Position numbers and translations under genes: made by a program. 64,000 nt of DNA from an uncultured Spirochaetota bacterium (GTDB lineage Bacteria; Spirochaetota; Spirochaetia; SZUA-6; Fen-1364): assembly GCA_963781885.1 (NCBI GenBank), contig CAWAHW010000007.1:416001-480000 (forward strand). Direction: 5' to 3'. Positions 21,085-31,114 of this stretch are shown here, piece after piece; the stretch's first letter is position 1; each line of letters opens with the position of its first letter. The notes under the pieces were generated by a model that saw only the letters and a list, made by a program, of their open reading frames with translations, did not search any database and had not been told where the DNA came from.

Positions 21085-21858
21085 CTATTTCCAGGTAGTC
21101 GCGCGCATCGTGCTGAGGTAGGCGTAGAGGTCGCCCGCCTGCTTGTCGCTGATCTGGTCCGCGGGGAATGGCGGCATCTGGCCGTCCTTGCCGTCAGGCA
21201 TCTTCGGCGCCCGGATGAAAGCCACGAATGTGTCCTGGGTCTGGAGCTTTTTCGTCGCCCGGATGGTGAGCTTTGCCTCGATGACATTTCCCCCATCGGG
21301 ATGGCACGACACGCAGTTGTCGCTGAAGATGCGCTGCCCCGGCGGCACGGCAGCCACGGTTGCCGCCTTCGTGGAGGAGGAGGGAGCGGCGGGCTGCTCC
21401 ACCGGCGCGGAACCCCCCGCTGCCATCGCGTAGACACCCGGCACCAGCCGCGCGCCGTAGTAACCCAGCCCCGTCACGGCGAGGAAGGCCAGGGCGTAGA
21501 GAACGATCATGGGCGCGGCGTGCACCTTCAGCTCGCTCCCCACGATGATGCCGATGGCCAGCACCACCAGCACGATCGAGGCGAGGATCATCTTCATCTT
21601 GATGGGCTGGAGGAGCACTCCCTTGTAGAAGTGCAGCCAGTCGAACACACCGAAGAGGATGGTCGGGAACACGAAGAGGAAAGCGAGGATGGAGACGTGA
21701 CGGGCGGTGGTGATCAGATTCTTGCGCCCGAAGATGACCGCGACAAGGAAGAACAGGAACGCTCCGATGACAAGGCCGATGGGGATGTGGGTGAACGGGG
21801 CGTGCAGGGGGTCCGTGAAACCGGTCTTCGCGATCAGAGCATACAGGGAATCGATCAT
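21085..21858 (-). CDS. DUF2231-type membrane domain fused to a class I cytochrome c
   Basis: PLHAPFTHIPIG followed by four TM helices. C-terminal GQRIFSDNCVSCHPDGGN...QMPPF. Confidence 0.8.
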   Translation of the reverse strand: MIDSLYALIAKTGFTDPLHAPFTHIPIGLVIGAFLFFLVAVIFGRKNLITTARHVSILAFLFVFPTILFGVFDWLHFYKGVLLQPIKMKMILASIVLVVLAIGIIVGSELKVHAAPMIVLYALAFLAVTGLGYYGARLVPGVYAMAAGGSAPVEQPAAPSSSTKAATVAAVPPGQRIFSDNCVSCHPDGGNVIEAKLTIRATKKLQTQDTFVAFIRAPKMPDGKDGQMPPFPADQISDKQAGDLYAYLSTMRATTWK

Positions 21859-21955
21859 CGTCCGCCTCCTCCGCGTTCCTTTGACGCGCGCTGATGTCAA
21901 ACATCGCCGAGGGCGATGTAAAGCAAACAGCCGAAGCGGAAGAGATGCCGGGGTG

Positions 21956-22654
21956 CTACTTCACCGACTTTTCGTACCTGGCGATCCCCTGCCGCAGTTG
22001 CTTCGCCGTGTCCGGATCGGGGAGGCCCGAACCTTCAAGAATATCGGACGGCCGTGCAATCTCTTTTTGATAGTAAGCAGCGTTCGCGTCATAGTCAATG
22101 TCAATTGCAGCGCCCTGGATCGCGAGACCGGCGAAAACCCCGCGCGCGCGGGAGTAGGAATAGATTTCCGCCGTGAGATCGCTGTCCGTCACCGCTGCCG
22201 CGTCGCGGCCGAGCGACCCGGCGGCCACGGAGGCATCCACGCCGACGGTGTACTTGCCGCGCAGGACGCGCTCGACGCTCCCGGGCGTGCGGAAGAAGAG
22301 GATGATGTCGGAGGACTGGATGCCGATCTGCCAGCCAAAGCTTCCCCCCGTGATCGTGATGAAGAGGGGCCGGCCCCAGGCGCCGTCCTTTCCGCGCGAG
22401 ACGAGGACGCCCTTGCCGCGCATGCCGCCGACGACAAAACCGACGCGCTTCACGCCCGGGAGAATGGCGATGCCCGCCGCGTTGCGCATGAGGACAGCGG
22501 GAATCTGGTACTCGGGCACTGTCGTGAAGACCTGGAATATATCCAGCGCGCTTTTCACCCGGTCATTTTCCGCGCTCTGCGCCCCTGCGATGCCCGCCGA
22601 GGCGATGAACAGGACAAGGACGATTGCACACACGGTCCACCGCATTCTGGTCAT
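21956..22654 (-). CDS. SYLF/Ysc84 lipid-binding domain protein, secreted
   Basis: Signal peptide, GFVVGG.RGKG, GGSFGWQIG, YSYSRARGVFAG, N..YY. Confidence 0.9.
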   Translation of the reverse strand: MTRMRWTVCAIVLVLFIASAGIAGAQSAENDRVKSALDIFQVFTTVPEYQIPAVLMRNAAGIAILPGVKRVGFVVGGMRGKGVLVSRGKDGAWGRPLFITITGGSFGWQIGIQSSDIILFFRTPGSVERVLRGKYTVGVDASVAAGSLGRDAAAVTDSDLTAEIYSYSRARGVFAGLAIQGAAIDIDYDANAAYYQKEIARPSDILEGSGLPDPDTAKQLRQGIARYEKSVK

Positions 22655-22780
22655 ACGCTTTCCCTCCAGGGTCCCGATTTTTCCATTATAGAACACCGCT
22701 GGTCGGTCCGTCTGCCCGCAACCCCGGATTGACCTCACCCCGGCCCGCGGCAGGCCGATAAGCTTAAGAGGGGGGTCTTC

Positions 22781-24952
22781 GTGATCGCTTTCGGCAGGAG
22801 GATGACTCCTGCGTTGCTCTCCGTTGTCGCCGCTCTGCTCTTTCTCGCGTTCCTCTGCTGGGCGTCGCTCGCGCTGCACCTGGCGGGCCTGCCGGGCGTG
22901 CCGTCGGCGATAGGCCGCTTTCTCTTCGGGGGCTTTTCCTGGGCAAGTCTGTTTGCCCCACTCTACTTCCTCGCGGGCGTTGCGCTCCTCCTGGGCCGTG
23001 TGTTCCGCCGGCGCTCGGCCCTGCTCCTCATGTTCTCCATCGTGCCGTTTCTCACGCTCGCCGTCCTTTTCCACGTCCTCAGCCGGTCCGGGTCGCTCTT
23101 TCCCCAGATCCTCGTCGATGCATTCGGGGCGCTGCCTTCCGCGCTGCTTCTCTTCCTCCTGCTCGCGCTGGAGACGATATTTCTCTTCACGCTGCCGTAT
23201 GGGACCGGCTCCCGGGAGACGCCGCGGCCGCGTGCCCGCACGCTTGCCCTGCCGGTCTCACCCGTGCCTCCCGCGGCTGAGGATGCGGTTCCCGCGATCG
23301 TCGTGCCGGCCGCGGAAGAACCCGTTGAAGAACCCGCATTGGAGCCGGAACCGGCTGCCGTCGAGCCTCCTGCGTCCGCGCAGGTTGAAGCGATTGGGGA
23401 AAATCATGAGGAGCCGCTTGAGCAGGAAAATGAGCCGGAGCCCGAACCCTTGACCGTCGAGCAGGAGCAGCCGCGGGGTCCCGCGGTCATGCTCACCCCC
23501 GGCCCCGCGCAGGAAGAGCTGCCCTTCCCGAAGCTGGCAGGCGCGGCGCGCGCCTACGGCATCCCCGTGGGCGACGTGCTGAAGAACCGCGGCGACAACG
23601 AGTACTGGATCATCGACGACGAGACGAAGCGCGCGTCGCGCATCCTCACGGACGCCCTGAAAGAGTTCAATATCGATGCCGAGGTGACGGGCATCCGCAA
23701 AGGGCCCGTCATCACACTTTTCGAGGTGCTGCCGGCCCAGGGCGTGCGCGTCTCAAAGATCGCCAATCTTTCGGACAACATCGCGCTGCGTCTTGCCGCG
23801 CCCAGCGTCCGCATCGTGGCGCCCATCCCCGGTCGGCACGCCGTGGGCATCGAGGTGCCCAACCGGGTGCGCTCCATCGTCTCGTTCAAGGAGATGATCT
23901 CGCTGGACGTGATGCAGAAGTCCGCCTACGAGATCCCGCTGGCTCTGGGAAAGGACATCCTGGGCGAGGCACAGGTCATCGACCTGGTCCAGACCCCGCA
24001 CCTGCTGATTGGCGGCGCCACCAATTCGGGTAAGAGCGTGCTGGTGAACTCGATCATCTGCTCCATTCTTTTCCGCCGCAGCCCCGACGAGGTGCGCCTC
24101 TTCCTCATCGATCCCAAGATCGTCGAGCTGAAGCTCTATAACGGCTGCCCCCACCTCCTCACGCCCGTCATCACCGACCCGAAGAAGGCCTTCCAGGCGC
24201 TGCAGTACTGCATCTCGGAGATGGAGAGGCGCTACACGCTGCTGGACGCGCTGGGCGTACGCGACATCCGCGCCTTCAACAAGAAGGCGAAAAAGGAGCG
24301 CGTGCAGCGCCTGCCCTACATCGTCATCGTGATCGACGAGTTCGCCGACCTGATGGCCACCACGGGCAAGGAGTTGGAATCCACGCTGGCGCGTCTTGCC
24401 GCCATGGCGCGCGCGGTGGGCATCCACATGGTGCTCGCCACGCAGCGGCCGTCCATCGACGTGATCACCGGCCTCATCAAGGCGAACATCCCGTCGCGCA
24501 TCGCCTTCATGGTGGCGAACAAGTTCGACTCGCGCATCATCGTGGACGCCGTGGGCGCCGAGAAGCTCCTGGGCAAGGGCGACATGCTCTTCTCCGCCGC
24601 CTGGAACCCGTTCCCCGTCCGCATCCAGGGCGCCTATATCGACGACGACGAGATCGACTCCGTCACCGAGTACGTGAAGAAGCTGGGGCCTCCCCAGTAC
24701 ATCGACGACGAGGTGTTCTTCGATGACGAGGAGACGGGCGACTTCGAGGGTGAGCCGGGCAATGACCCGCTCTTCGAGAGGGCGCTGGAAGTCGTCATGG
24801 GACAGGGAAAGGCCTCCGCCTCCTATATCCAGCGGCGTCTGAAGGTCGGCTACAACCGTGCGGCGCGCCTGGTGGAGGAGATGGAGATGCGCGGCATCGT
24901 GGGGCCGTCCCAGGGCAGCAAGCCGCGCGAGATCATCCACGTGCCGAAATAG
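22781..24952 (+). CDS. ftsK: DNA translocase FtsK
   Basis: N-terminal TM helices, PHLLIGGATNSGKS, VIDEFADL, ATQRPS, gamma domain IQRRLKVGYNRAARL. Confidence 0.96.
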   Translation: MIAFGRRMTPALLSVVAALLFLAFLCWASLALHLAGLPGVPSAIGRFLFGGFSWASLFAPLYFLAGVALLLGRVFRRRSALLLMFSIVPFLTLAVLFHVLSRSGSLFPQILVDAFGALPSALLLFLLLALETIFLFTLPYGTGSRETPRPRARTLALPVSPVPPAAEDAVPAIVVPAAEEPVEEPALEPEPAAVEPPASAQVEAIGENHEEPLEQENEPEPEPLTVEQEQPRGPAVMLTPGPAQEELPFPKLAGAARAYGIPVGDVLKNRGDNEYWIIDDETKRASRILTDALKEFNIDAEVTGIRKGPVITLFEVLPAQGVRVSKIANLSDNIALRLAAPSVRIVAPIPGRHAVGIEVPNRVRSIVSFKEMISLDVMQKSAYEIPLALGKDILGEAQVIDLVQTPHLLIGGATNSGKSVLVNSIICSILFRRSPDEVRLFLIDPKIVELKLYNGCPHLLTPVITDPKKAFQALQYCISEMERRYTLLDALGVRDIRAFNKKAKKERVQRLPYIVIVIDEFADLMATTGKELESTLARLAAMARAVGIHMVLATQRPSIDVITGLIKANIPSRIAFMVANKFDSRIIVDAVGAEKLLGKGDMLFSAAWNPFPVRIQGAYIDDDEIDSVTEYVKKLGPPQYIDDEVFFDDEETGDFEGEPGNDPLFERALEVVMGQGKASASYIQRRLKVGYNRAARLVEEMEMRGIVGPSQGSKPREIIHVPK

Positions 24953-25021
24953 GGCCTCTTGCCTCACGGAGCCGACGCCCCTATCATGAGGCGATACGGA
25001 AGCCGTCAGGAGGTACACTGA

Positions 25022-25994
25022 ATGCGCAGGGCCCTGCTCCTTGTCGCCTCCCTTTCCTTCGCTTTTGCCGCCCCCTCCGCGTCCGCGGAGCTCCTGGTGC
25101 TCACCTACAATCTCGGTCTCCTCAAGGTCCTCGGATCCAACCTCGTGCCGCTGGTGGACGCGCGCGCGAAGGCGGCACCCGCGGAGCTTGCGAGGCTCGC
25201 CGCGGGCACGCCCGCGGACATCATCCTGCTCGAAGAGGTCTGGCGCGATCGGTACGCGGACGCCATTGCCCGGCGCGCTGGCGCCCCTGGGATATGCCGC
25301 CATCAAGCCGAACGTCCACACCATCGCCGGCCTGACGAGCGGGCTCCTGCTCCTGGTGAAGCAGCCCTTGAAGGTCGTGGACTGGAAGTTTACTCCTTTC
25401 AGCCGGGATACATTCGCCGATTCCTTTGCGCGCAAAGGAGTGCTCGAGGCGACGATTGAAAATGAATCCGACGGCTCGCAGTTCGTGCTCGTCGGCACCC
25501 ATACCGTTGCGCTGGATACGAACAATGGCACGCCGACGAACAAGTCCCAGGTGAGCGCGATCATGGCCCAGGCCGCCCAGATCCATTCGGTACTGGCCTC
25601 CCGGTCGCAAAATGGAAAGCTTCCTGCCCTTCTGCTGGGGGACTTCAATGTCGGCCCCGGCTACGTGGATGATGCCTACCGCGCCATCGCCTCGGAAGGC
25701 GTGCGTGAGACGGGCGCGACGCTCCAGCCGCAGGCGCCGCTCGTCACGTGGGATCCCAAGAACCCGCTCGTGAAATTCGGCAATTACCCGAACGAGCCCC
25801 CGGCGAAGATCGATCATGTCTTTCTTCAAGATGGCGCCGTCATGCAATGGGTCCCCCGTGACTGCTGGGTCAGGCAGATGCAGCCGGTGGAGGGACTGAC
25901 GATCGTTCCGCAAAAAGGCGCGGGACCGGTGCCGATACCGCTGTCGGATCACTACGCCTTCCTGGTCCGCCTGGACCTCTTGTCGACAAGGTAG
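25022..25994 (+). CDS. Secreted endonuclease/exonuclease/phosphatase family protein (sphingomyelinase-like); frameshift near 25272
   Basis: Signal peptide, TYN and LEEVW in the first frame. GTH, GDFN, IDH and SDHY in the second frame. Confidence 0.8.
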
Positions 25995-25999
25995 GTACA

Positions 26000-27392
26000 A
26001 TGTCGATGCACCACAACGCTTGCCGCCGTATCCTGTCCGCGCTCGTTCTGTTCACTGCCGCGGTGCAGCTCGCCGCGGCTCCCGTCGTCCGGGTGCGCGT
26101 GCCCGCCGACGGATCGGTTGTAAAAACGGGCGTGGTCGTGCAGAGGGGCGGCTGGATGCAGCTCACACCCACGGGCACGTGGAGGGTCTTTCCAGACGTG
26201 GGATACGCCGACTACCGCGGCCATCTCGACGTCGTGATGGAGGGGGCGAAATTCCCGCTGGGCGCGCTCATGGTGCAGGTCGGCGACGGCGATGCCGCGC
26301 CCCTTGCCGACGCTCTGCCTTTCACCGCGGCGGCGGCGGGGGAGGTCCGCCTGTTCTGCAACTATGAGCAGGTGCCCAAGGGCTCGGGCGAGGGTGCGCT
26401 CAACGTGGTCATCGTCACCGGTCCCCAGCTTGCGGCCGTGCGCGCGAAGGCCGACGAGGAGCGCCGGCAGAAGGAGGTGGCGCTCGCCGCGGACGCGGAG
26501 GTCCAGGGATGCCTGCAGGCGGTGAACGCCGTCCGCAAGGCCGCGGGTCTGGCGCCCGTCGCCTTGTCCGTGGATCTTTCGGAAGGCTGCACGCTCCACG
26601 CGCGCTACCTCGCCGTCAACTGGGGAAGGCCCGAGGTGGAGGGCCTCAAGGCCCACCAGGAGCAGGAAACCCTCACGGGGTATACGGCGTCCGGCAAGCG
26701 TCCCGGGGCATCGTCCGTCATCAACTACGTGAGCCCCACCGCATCGGTGGCCTCCTGGGTGGGCACCTTCTATCACCGGATTCCGCTCCTCCAGCCCGAT
26801 CTGGTGTCGATCGGCATCGGCTACACGCAGGGCGGCCCAGGCTGGATCAGCGTCCTGGACTGCGTGTCCGACCTGGCGCATTCCACGCAGGTTGACTATG
26901 TCCGCTATCCCACGGAGGGGCAGACGGGCGTGCCGCGTTTCTTCCAGGACGAGATACCCAGCCCCGTTCCCGCGGGGCGCGCAGGCCTTGCCCGGCTTTC
27001 CCCTCACGGTTTACTTTGCGCATTTCCAGAAGGTGAGCGGTGCATCCCTCACGCTCGTCGACAGTCGGAAGCAGGCGGTGACGGGCTACTACTCCGACCC
27101 CGAGCATCCGGCCACTTTTTTCGACCAATGGCGCGCCGTGTGCTTCATCCCGGCGCAGGCCTTGAAGCCGGGCGAGCGCTACACGGCACACCTGGTGGCG
27201 ACGATGGACGGCAGGCCGGTGGACGACACGTGGTCGTTCACCACGGCACAAGGCGCGTTTTCCACGCTGGGCGGAACGGGTGCCGAAGGCGGTACGTCAT
27301 TCGATCTGACGACCAATATCCTGGGGGGGCTTCTGGTTGGCTCTCTCATCGGGATTGCGGTCTATTTCCTGCTCACGTTGTTCATTCACTGA
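26000..27392 (+). CDS. Secreted CAP/SCP-domain protein with N-terminal lectin-like and C-terminal Ig-like domains and a TM anchor; frameshift near 26975
   Basis: CAP motifs VNAVRKAAGL, HARYL and W..TFYHR. The second frame has IPAQALKPGERYT...WSFTT and a C-terminal TM. Confidence 0.75.
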
Positions 27393-27421
27393 GGCGCGCC
27401 TGCCCCGGTCGCGCCCGCTTT

Positions 27422-27450
27422 TTGACCTTTTTCCGGAATCACAGTACCGT
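27422..27450 (+). promoter_or_regulatory. Putative sigma70 promoter of nadA
   Basis: TTGACC-N17-TACCGT. Confidence 0.45.
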
Positions 27451-27467
27451 TGAAACGAGGAGTCCCC

Positions 27468-28517
27468 ATGCTTCAGTCAGCGGAAACCGCCCAGGACCTC
27501 TACGAAAGGATGCACGCGAAGCTTGCCGCCGTCGTGCCTGATTTCGAGCTGCGGTACAAGGCAGACATCGCATTTCGCATCAATGAGCTGAAACGCGCGC
27601 GCAACGCCGTGGTCCTCGGGCACAACTATATGGAGCCGGCCCTCTATCACTCGATACCCGATTTCACCGGTGATTCGCTGGAGCTTTGCCGCAAGGCCGC
27701 GACGACGGATGCCGACATCATCGTCTTCTGCGGCGTGCGCTTCATGGCGGAGACGGCCAAGATCCTCAACCCGCGCAAGACCGTCCTGATCCCATCGCCC
27801 AAGGCGGGATGCTCCCTCGCGGAGAGCATCACGGCCGCGGATGTGCGGGGGCTGAAGGCGCGGTTCCCCGGTGTTCCCGTGGTCACGTACGTCAACACGT
27901 ATGCCGACGTGAAGGCGGAGTCAGACATCTGCTGCACGTCGGGCAACGCGGCAAAGGTCGTGCAGTCGCTGCCAGGCGACGCGGTGATCTTCCTGCCGGA
28001 TGAGTTCCTTGCCCGCAACGTGGCGCGCGAGACGGGAAAACGGATCGTGTTTCCCACGAAGTCGCCGCGGCCCGGCGCGGACGCGGAGCTGGACTACCAG
28101 ATGATCGGATGGCAGGGCCGCTGCGAGGTGCATGAAAAGTTCAGCGTAGAGGACATCGCGAACGTCCGCCGGCAGTTCCCCGACGTCGTGGTGCTGGCCC
28201 ACCCCGAATGCAGCCCCGAGGTGGTGGACGCGTCTGACTTTTCCGGCAGCACGGCCGCCATGATCGCCTACGTGGAGGAGACGAAAGCGCCGCGCTATCT
28301 CCTGCTCACGGAATGCAGCATGGGAGACAACATCGCGGCGGCCAACCCGAAGAAGGAGATGCTGCGCCTCTGCAGCGTGCGCTGCCCGCACATGAACGAG
28401 ATCACGTTGGAGCAGACACTTGCGGCGCTGGAAAACACGCGCTACGTCGTCGACGTGCCGGAGGCCATCCGGGTGCGCGCATATGCCGCCGTGGAGCGGA
28501 TGATCTCGATAGGCTGA
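27468..28517 (+). CDS. nadA: Quinolinate synthase
   Basis: GHNY, GDSL, FCGVRFMAE, GCSLA, YVNT, CEVH, HPEC, CPHM. Confidence 0.96.
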   Translation: MLQSAETAQDLYERMHAKLAAVVPDFELRYKADIAFRINELKRARNAVVLGHNYMEPALYHSIPDFTGDSLELCRKAATTDADIIVFCGVRFMAETAKILNPRKTVLIPSPKAGCSLAESITAADVRGLKARFPGVPVVTYVNTYADVKAESDICCTSGNAAKVVQSLPGDAVIFLPDEFLARNVARETGKRIVFPTKSPRPGADAELDYQMIGWQGRCEVHEKFSVEDIANVRRQFPDVVVLAHPECSPEVVDASDFSGSTAAMIAYVEETKAPRYLLLTECSMGDNIAAANPKKEMLRLCSVRCPHMNEITLEQTLAALENTRYVVDVPEAIRVRAYAAVERMISIG

Positions 28518-28529
28518 ACGGAGGCCGGC

Positions 28530-29540
28530 ATGAGGGACCTCATTCAATCCATCGCGGGAGAATACCAGCGCTATCGGAAGCTGGCCGAGGATTCACTCGC
28601 CCAGGTCTCCGACGATGAGCTGAATCGCGTGCCGACTGACGGCAACTCCATCGCGACGCTCGTGCGCCATCTTGCCGGCAACCTCCGGTCGCGCTTTACC
28701 GACTTCCTCACGACTGACGGCGAGAAGCCCTGGCGGGATCGGGAGACCGAGTTCACCGGCGCGTTCGGCAGCCGCGCGGAGATGCTCGCGGCGTGGGGGG
28801 AGGGGTGGAAGGCGCTGGAAGGGGCACTTGTGTCTCTCACGGACGACGATGCGGGAAAGACCGTCACGATTCGGGGTCAGCAGCTTTCGGTCCGGGAGGC
28901 GCTGCACCGCTCCCTCTCGCATACGAGCTATCACGTCGGGCAGATCGTGCTGCTCGCCCGGTCCTTCCGCGGCGACCAGTGGCGTTTCCTCAGCATCCCG
29001 CCGGGAAAATCCGCCGCGTACAACCGCATGCCGTCGATGGAGAAGCGTCCGCACCGCGTTGCCACTCTCCAGGAGGACATCGCCGTCCGCATCGAGAAGG
29101 CATTCTCGGGTCCTGTCTGGCACGGGCCGGCGCTCGCCGTCCTTCTCTCCGACGTCACGCCTGCCGAGGCGGTCGCGCGGCCGGTGCCGGGCGCGCACAC
29201 CATCGCCGAGATCGTACGGCATTGCATCTTCTGGTGTGACGACGCGGTGGCGTGGGCGCGCACCAGCGCCGGGATTGACCCCGCGCAGGCACAGGATTGG
29301 CCGGCCGAGGAAAGGCTCGATGGCACGAGCTGGCGGGCGCTCGCGGAGGAGCTCGCCACGAGCCATCGCAGCCTGGCTGCGGTGACGCGCGGTCTTTCAC
29401 TCGGGCAGCTTGCCGCTCCGACGCAGGGACACGATCACACGCTGGAGGACCAGATCCGCGGCGTGATCGAGCACGGCGCCTATCACGGCGGCCAGATCGC
29501 GCTGCTGCTGCGCGCGCTGCGAGGGCCGAAAAAGGCCTGA
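28530..29540 (+). CDS. Tandem DinB-superfamily protein (DUF1572-like plus DinB)
   Basis: Domain 1: NSIATLVRHLAGN...RDRETEF...HTSYHVGQ. Domain 2: GPVWHGP...HTIAEIVRH...HGAYHGGQ. Confidence 0.85.
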   Translation: MRDLIQSIAGEYQRYRKLAEDSLAQVSDDELNRVPTDGNSIATLVRHLAGNLRSRFTDFLTTDGEKPWRDRETEFTGAFGSRAEMLAAWGEGWKALEGALVSLTDDDAGKTVTIRGQQLSVREALHRSLSHTSYHVGQIVLLARSFRGDQWRFLSIPPGKSAAYNRMPSMEKRPHRVATLQEDIAVRIEKAFSGPVWHGPALAVLLSDVTPAEAVARPVPGAHTIAEIVRHCIFWCDDAVAWARTSAGIDPAQAQDWPAEERLDGTSWRALAEELATSHRSLAAVTRGLSLGQLAAPTQGHDHTLEDQIRGVIEHGAYHGGQIALLLRALRGPKKA

Positions 29541-29605
29541 CGGGCGCGGCGCTGCAAAGCGGTTGCTCCTTGCCACGCGGGCGCGTCGCGCTATAATGCC
29601 ACCCC

Positions 29606-30400
29606 ATGCAAGCCATTGATTTCGCCGGGAAGCTCGTCGTCGTCACCGGCGCCTCCAGCGGTCTGGGGCGCGAGATCGCGCGCGTCCTCGCGCTGCGTGA
29701 AGGGGCGAATCTCGTGATCGCGGCGCGCCGCCGGGACCGCCTGGAGGCGCTGAAGGCGGAGCTGGAATCGAAGAGCGCCTCCCGCGTGCACGTGGTGGTC
29801 GTGGATCTCGGCACGACGGACGGACCGGAAAGGCTCTTCCGCGAGGCCTCCGCGTGCGGGGATGTTTTCGGCCTTGTGAATTGCGCGGGGATCACGTTCT
29901 ACGGCAGGACGATGGAAGCGCCGCTGGAGAGGTCTCTCCAGATCGTCGCGGTGAACCAGGTCGCGGTGATGAAGCTGACCCTGCTCTTCCTCGACGCGTT
30001 CCTTCCGCGCGGAGCCGGCGCGATTCTCTCCATCACCAGCGTTGCCGCCTTTGTCCCCTGGCCGTTCCAGAACGTCTATTCCGCCGCCAAGAGCGCCGTG
30101 CAGTCCTTCATGGAAGGTCTTGCGCATGAGTACCGGAAAAGCGGGGTGAGCTTCAGCACGTTTGCGCCCGGAGGAATGGCGACCGAAATGCTCGCGCTCT
30201 CCGGCCTCGACCGCAAGCACGGCATGGACAGCCCGTTCAACATGCACCCGGCCCTCTCGGCACGCAAGGCTCTTTCGGCCTTCAAGAGACACAAGCTTTG
30301 CAGGGTGCCGGGGATCCTCAACAGGATGGGCATGATCATCTTCAAGCACGCGCCGCGTGCATTCTCCTGGTGGGCGGCAGCCGGAAACCTGGCCCCGTAG
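29606..30400 (+). CDS. Short-chain dehydrogenase/reductase
   Basis: TGASSGLG, NCAG, YSAAK. Confidence 0.92.
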   Translation: MQAIDFAGKLVVVTGASSGLGREIARVLALREGANLVIAARRRDRLEALKAELESKSASRVHVVVVDLGTTDGPERLFREASACGDVFGLVNCAGITFYGRTMEAPLERSLQIVAVNQVAVMKLTLLFLDAFLPRGAGAILSITSVAAFVPWPFQNVYSAAKSAVQSFMEGLAHEYRKSGVSFSTFAPGGMATEMLALSGLDRKHGMDSPFNMHPALSARKALSAFKRHKLCRVPGILNRMGMIIFKHAPRAFSWWAAAGNLAP

Positions 30401-30416
30401 CGGGCCGGCGGCCCGT

Positions 30417-31093
30417 TTACAATGTGGCGACGCTGCGGAGCATGAGGAGAAAATGCGCGGCGGCGCCGCCGCTCACGAAGAGGTGCCAGATCTCGTGGGA
30501 GCCGAAGACGCCGGGGAAGGGATCGGGCCTTTTGACGGCATAGATCACGGCACCCAGCGTGTAGAGGAAGCCGCCCGCTGCAAGCCAGGCGATGCCTTCC
30601 GCGGGCAGCGCCTTCACCAGCGGCACGACGGCAACCACGGCAAGCCAGCCCATCGCGACATACAGGACGGTGGAGACCCACGACGGGATCCTGTCGAAGA
30701 AGAATGCTTTTGCCGCGACCCCCACGGCCGCAAGGGCCCAGACGGCGACAAGCAGCGTGACGCCCAGAGCGCCCGGCAGCACGCTGACGCAAACGGGGGT
30801 GTACGTGCCGGCGATGAGGAGATAGATGGCCGCATGGTCGATCCGGCGCAGGAGGCGCTCCGTGCCGGGCGTTGCGCGGAGGAGGTGATACGCCGCGCTC
30901 GCGGAGAACAGAAGGATCATGGAAAAACCGTAGATGGCGAATGCCGCCCGCCGGCCGGGACCGGAAGTGACGCGTTCTCCAACACGACCAGGCCGGCCAC
31001 GGCCGCGAGCGCGCTGGCGAGGTGGGAGAGCCCGCTGAAGGGCTCCTTCAGGAACGCGCGCAGCCCCTTTTCAACTCCCGGCTCCATCCGCAT
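30417..31093 (-). CDS. Hemolysin III/PAQR family membrane protein; frameshift near 30975
   Basis: EPFSGLSH in the first frame. SAAYH, RRIDHAAIYLLIAGTYTP and HEIWHLFV in the second frame. Confidence 0.85.
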
Positions 31094-31114
31094 ACGGTTC
31101 CATTTTTCAGGCCA

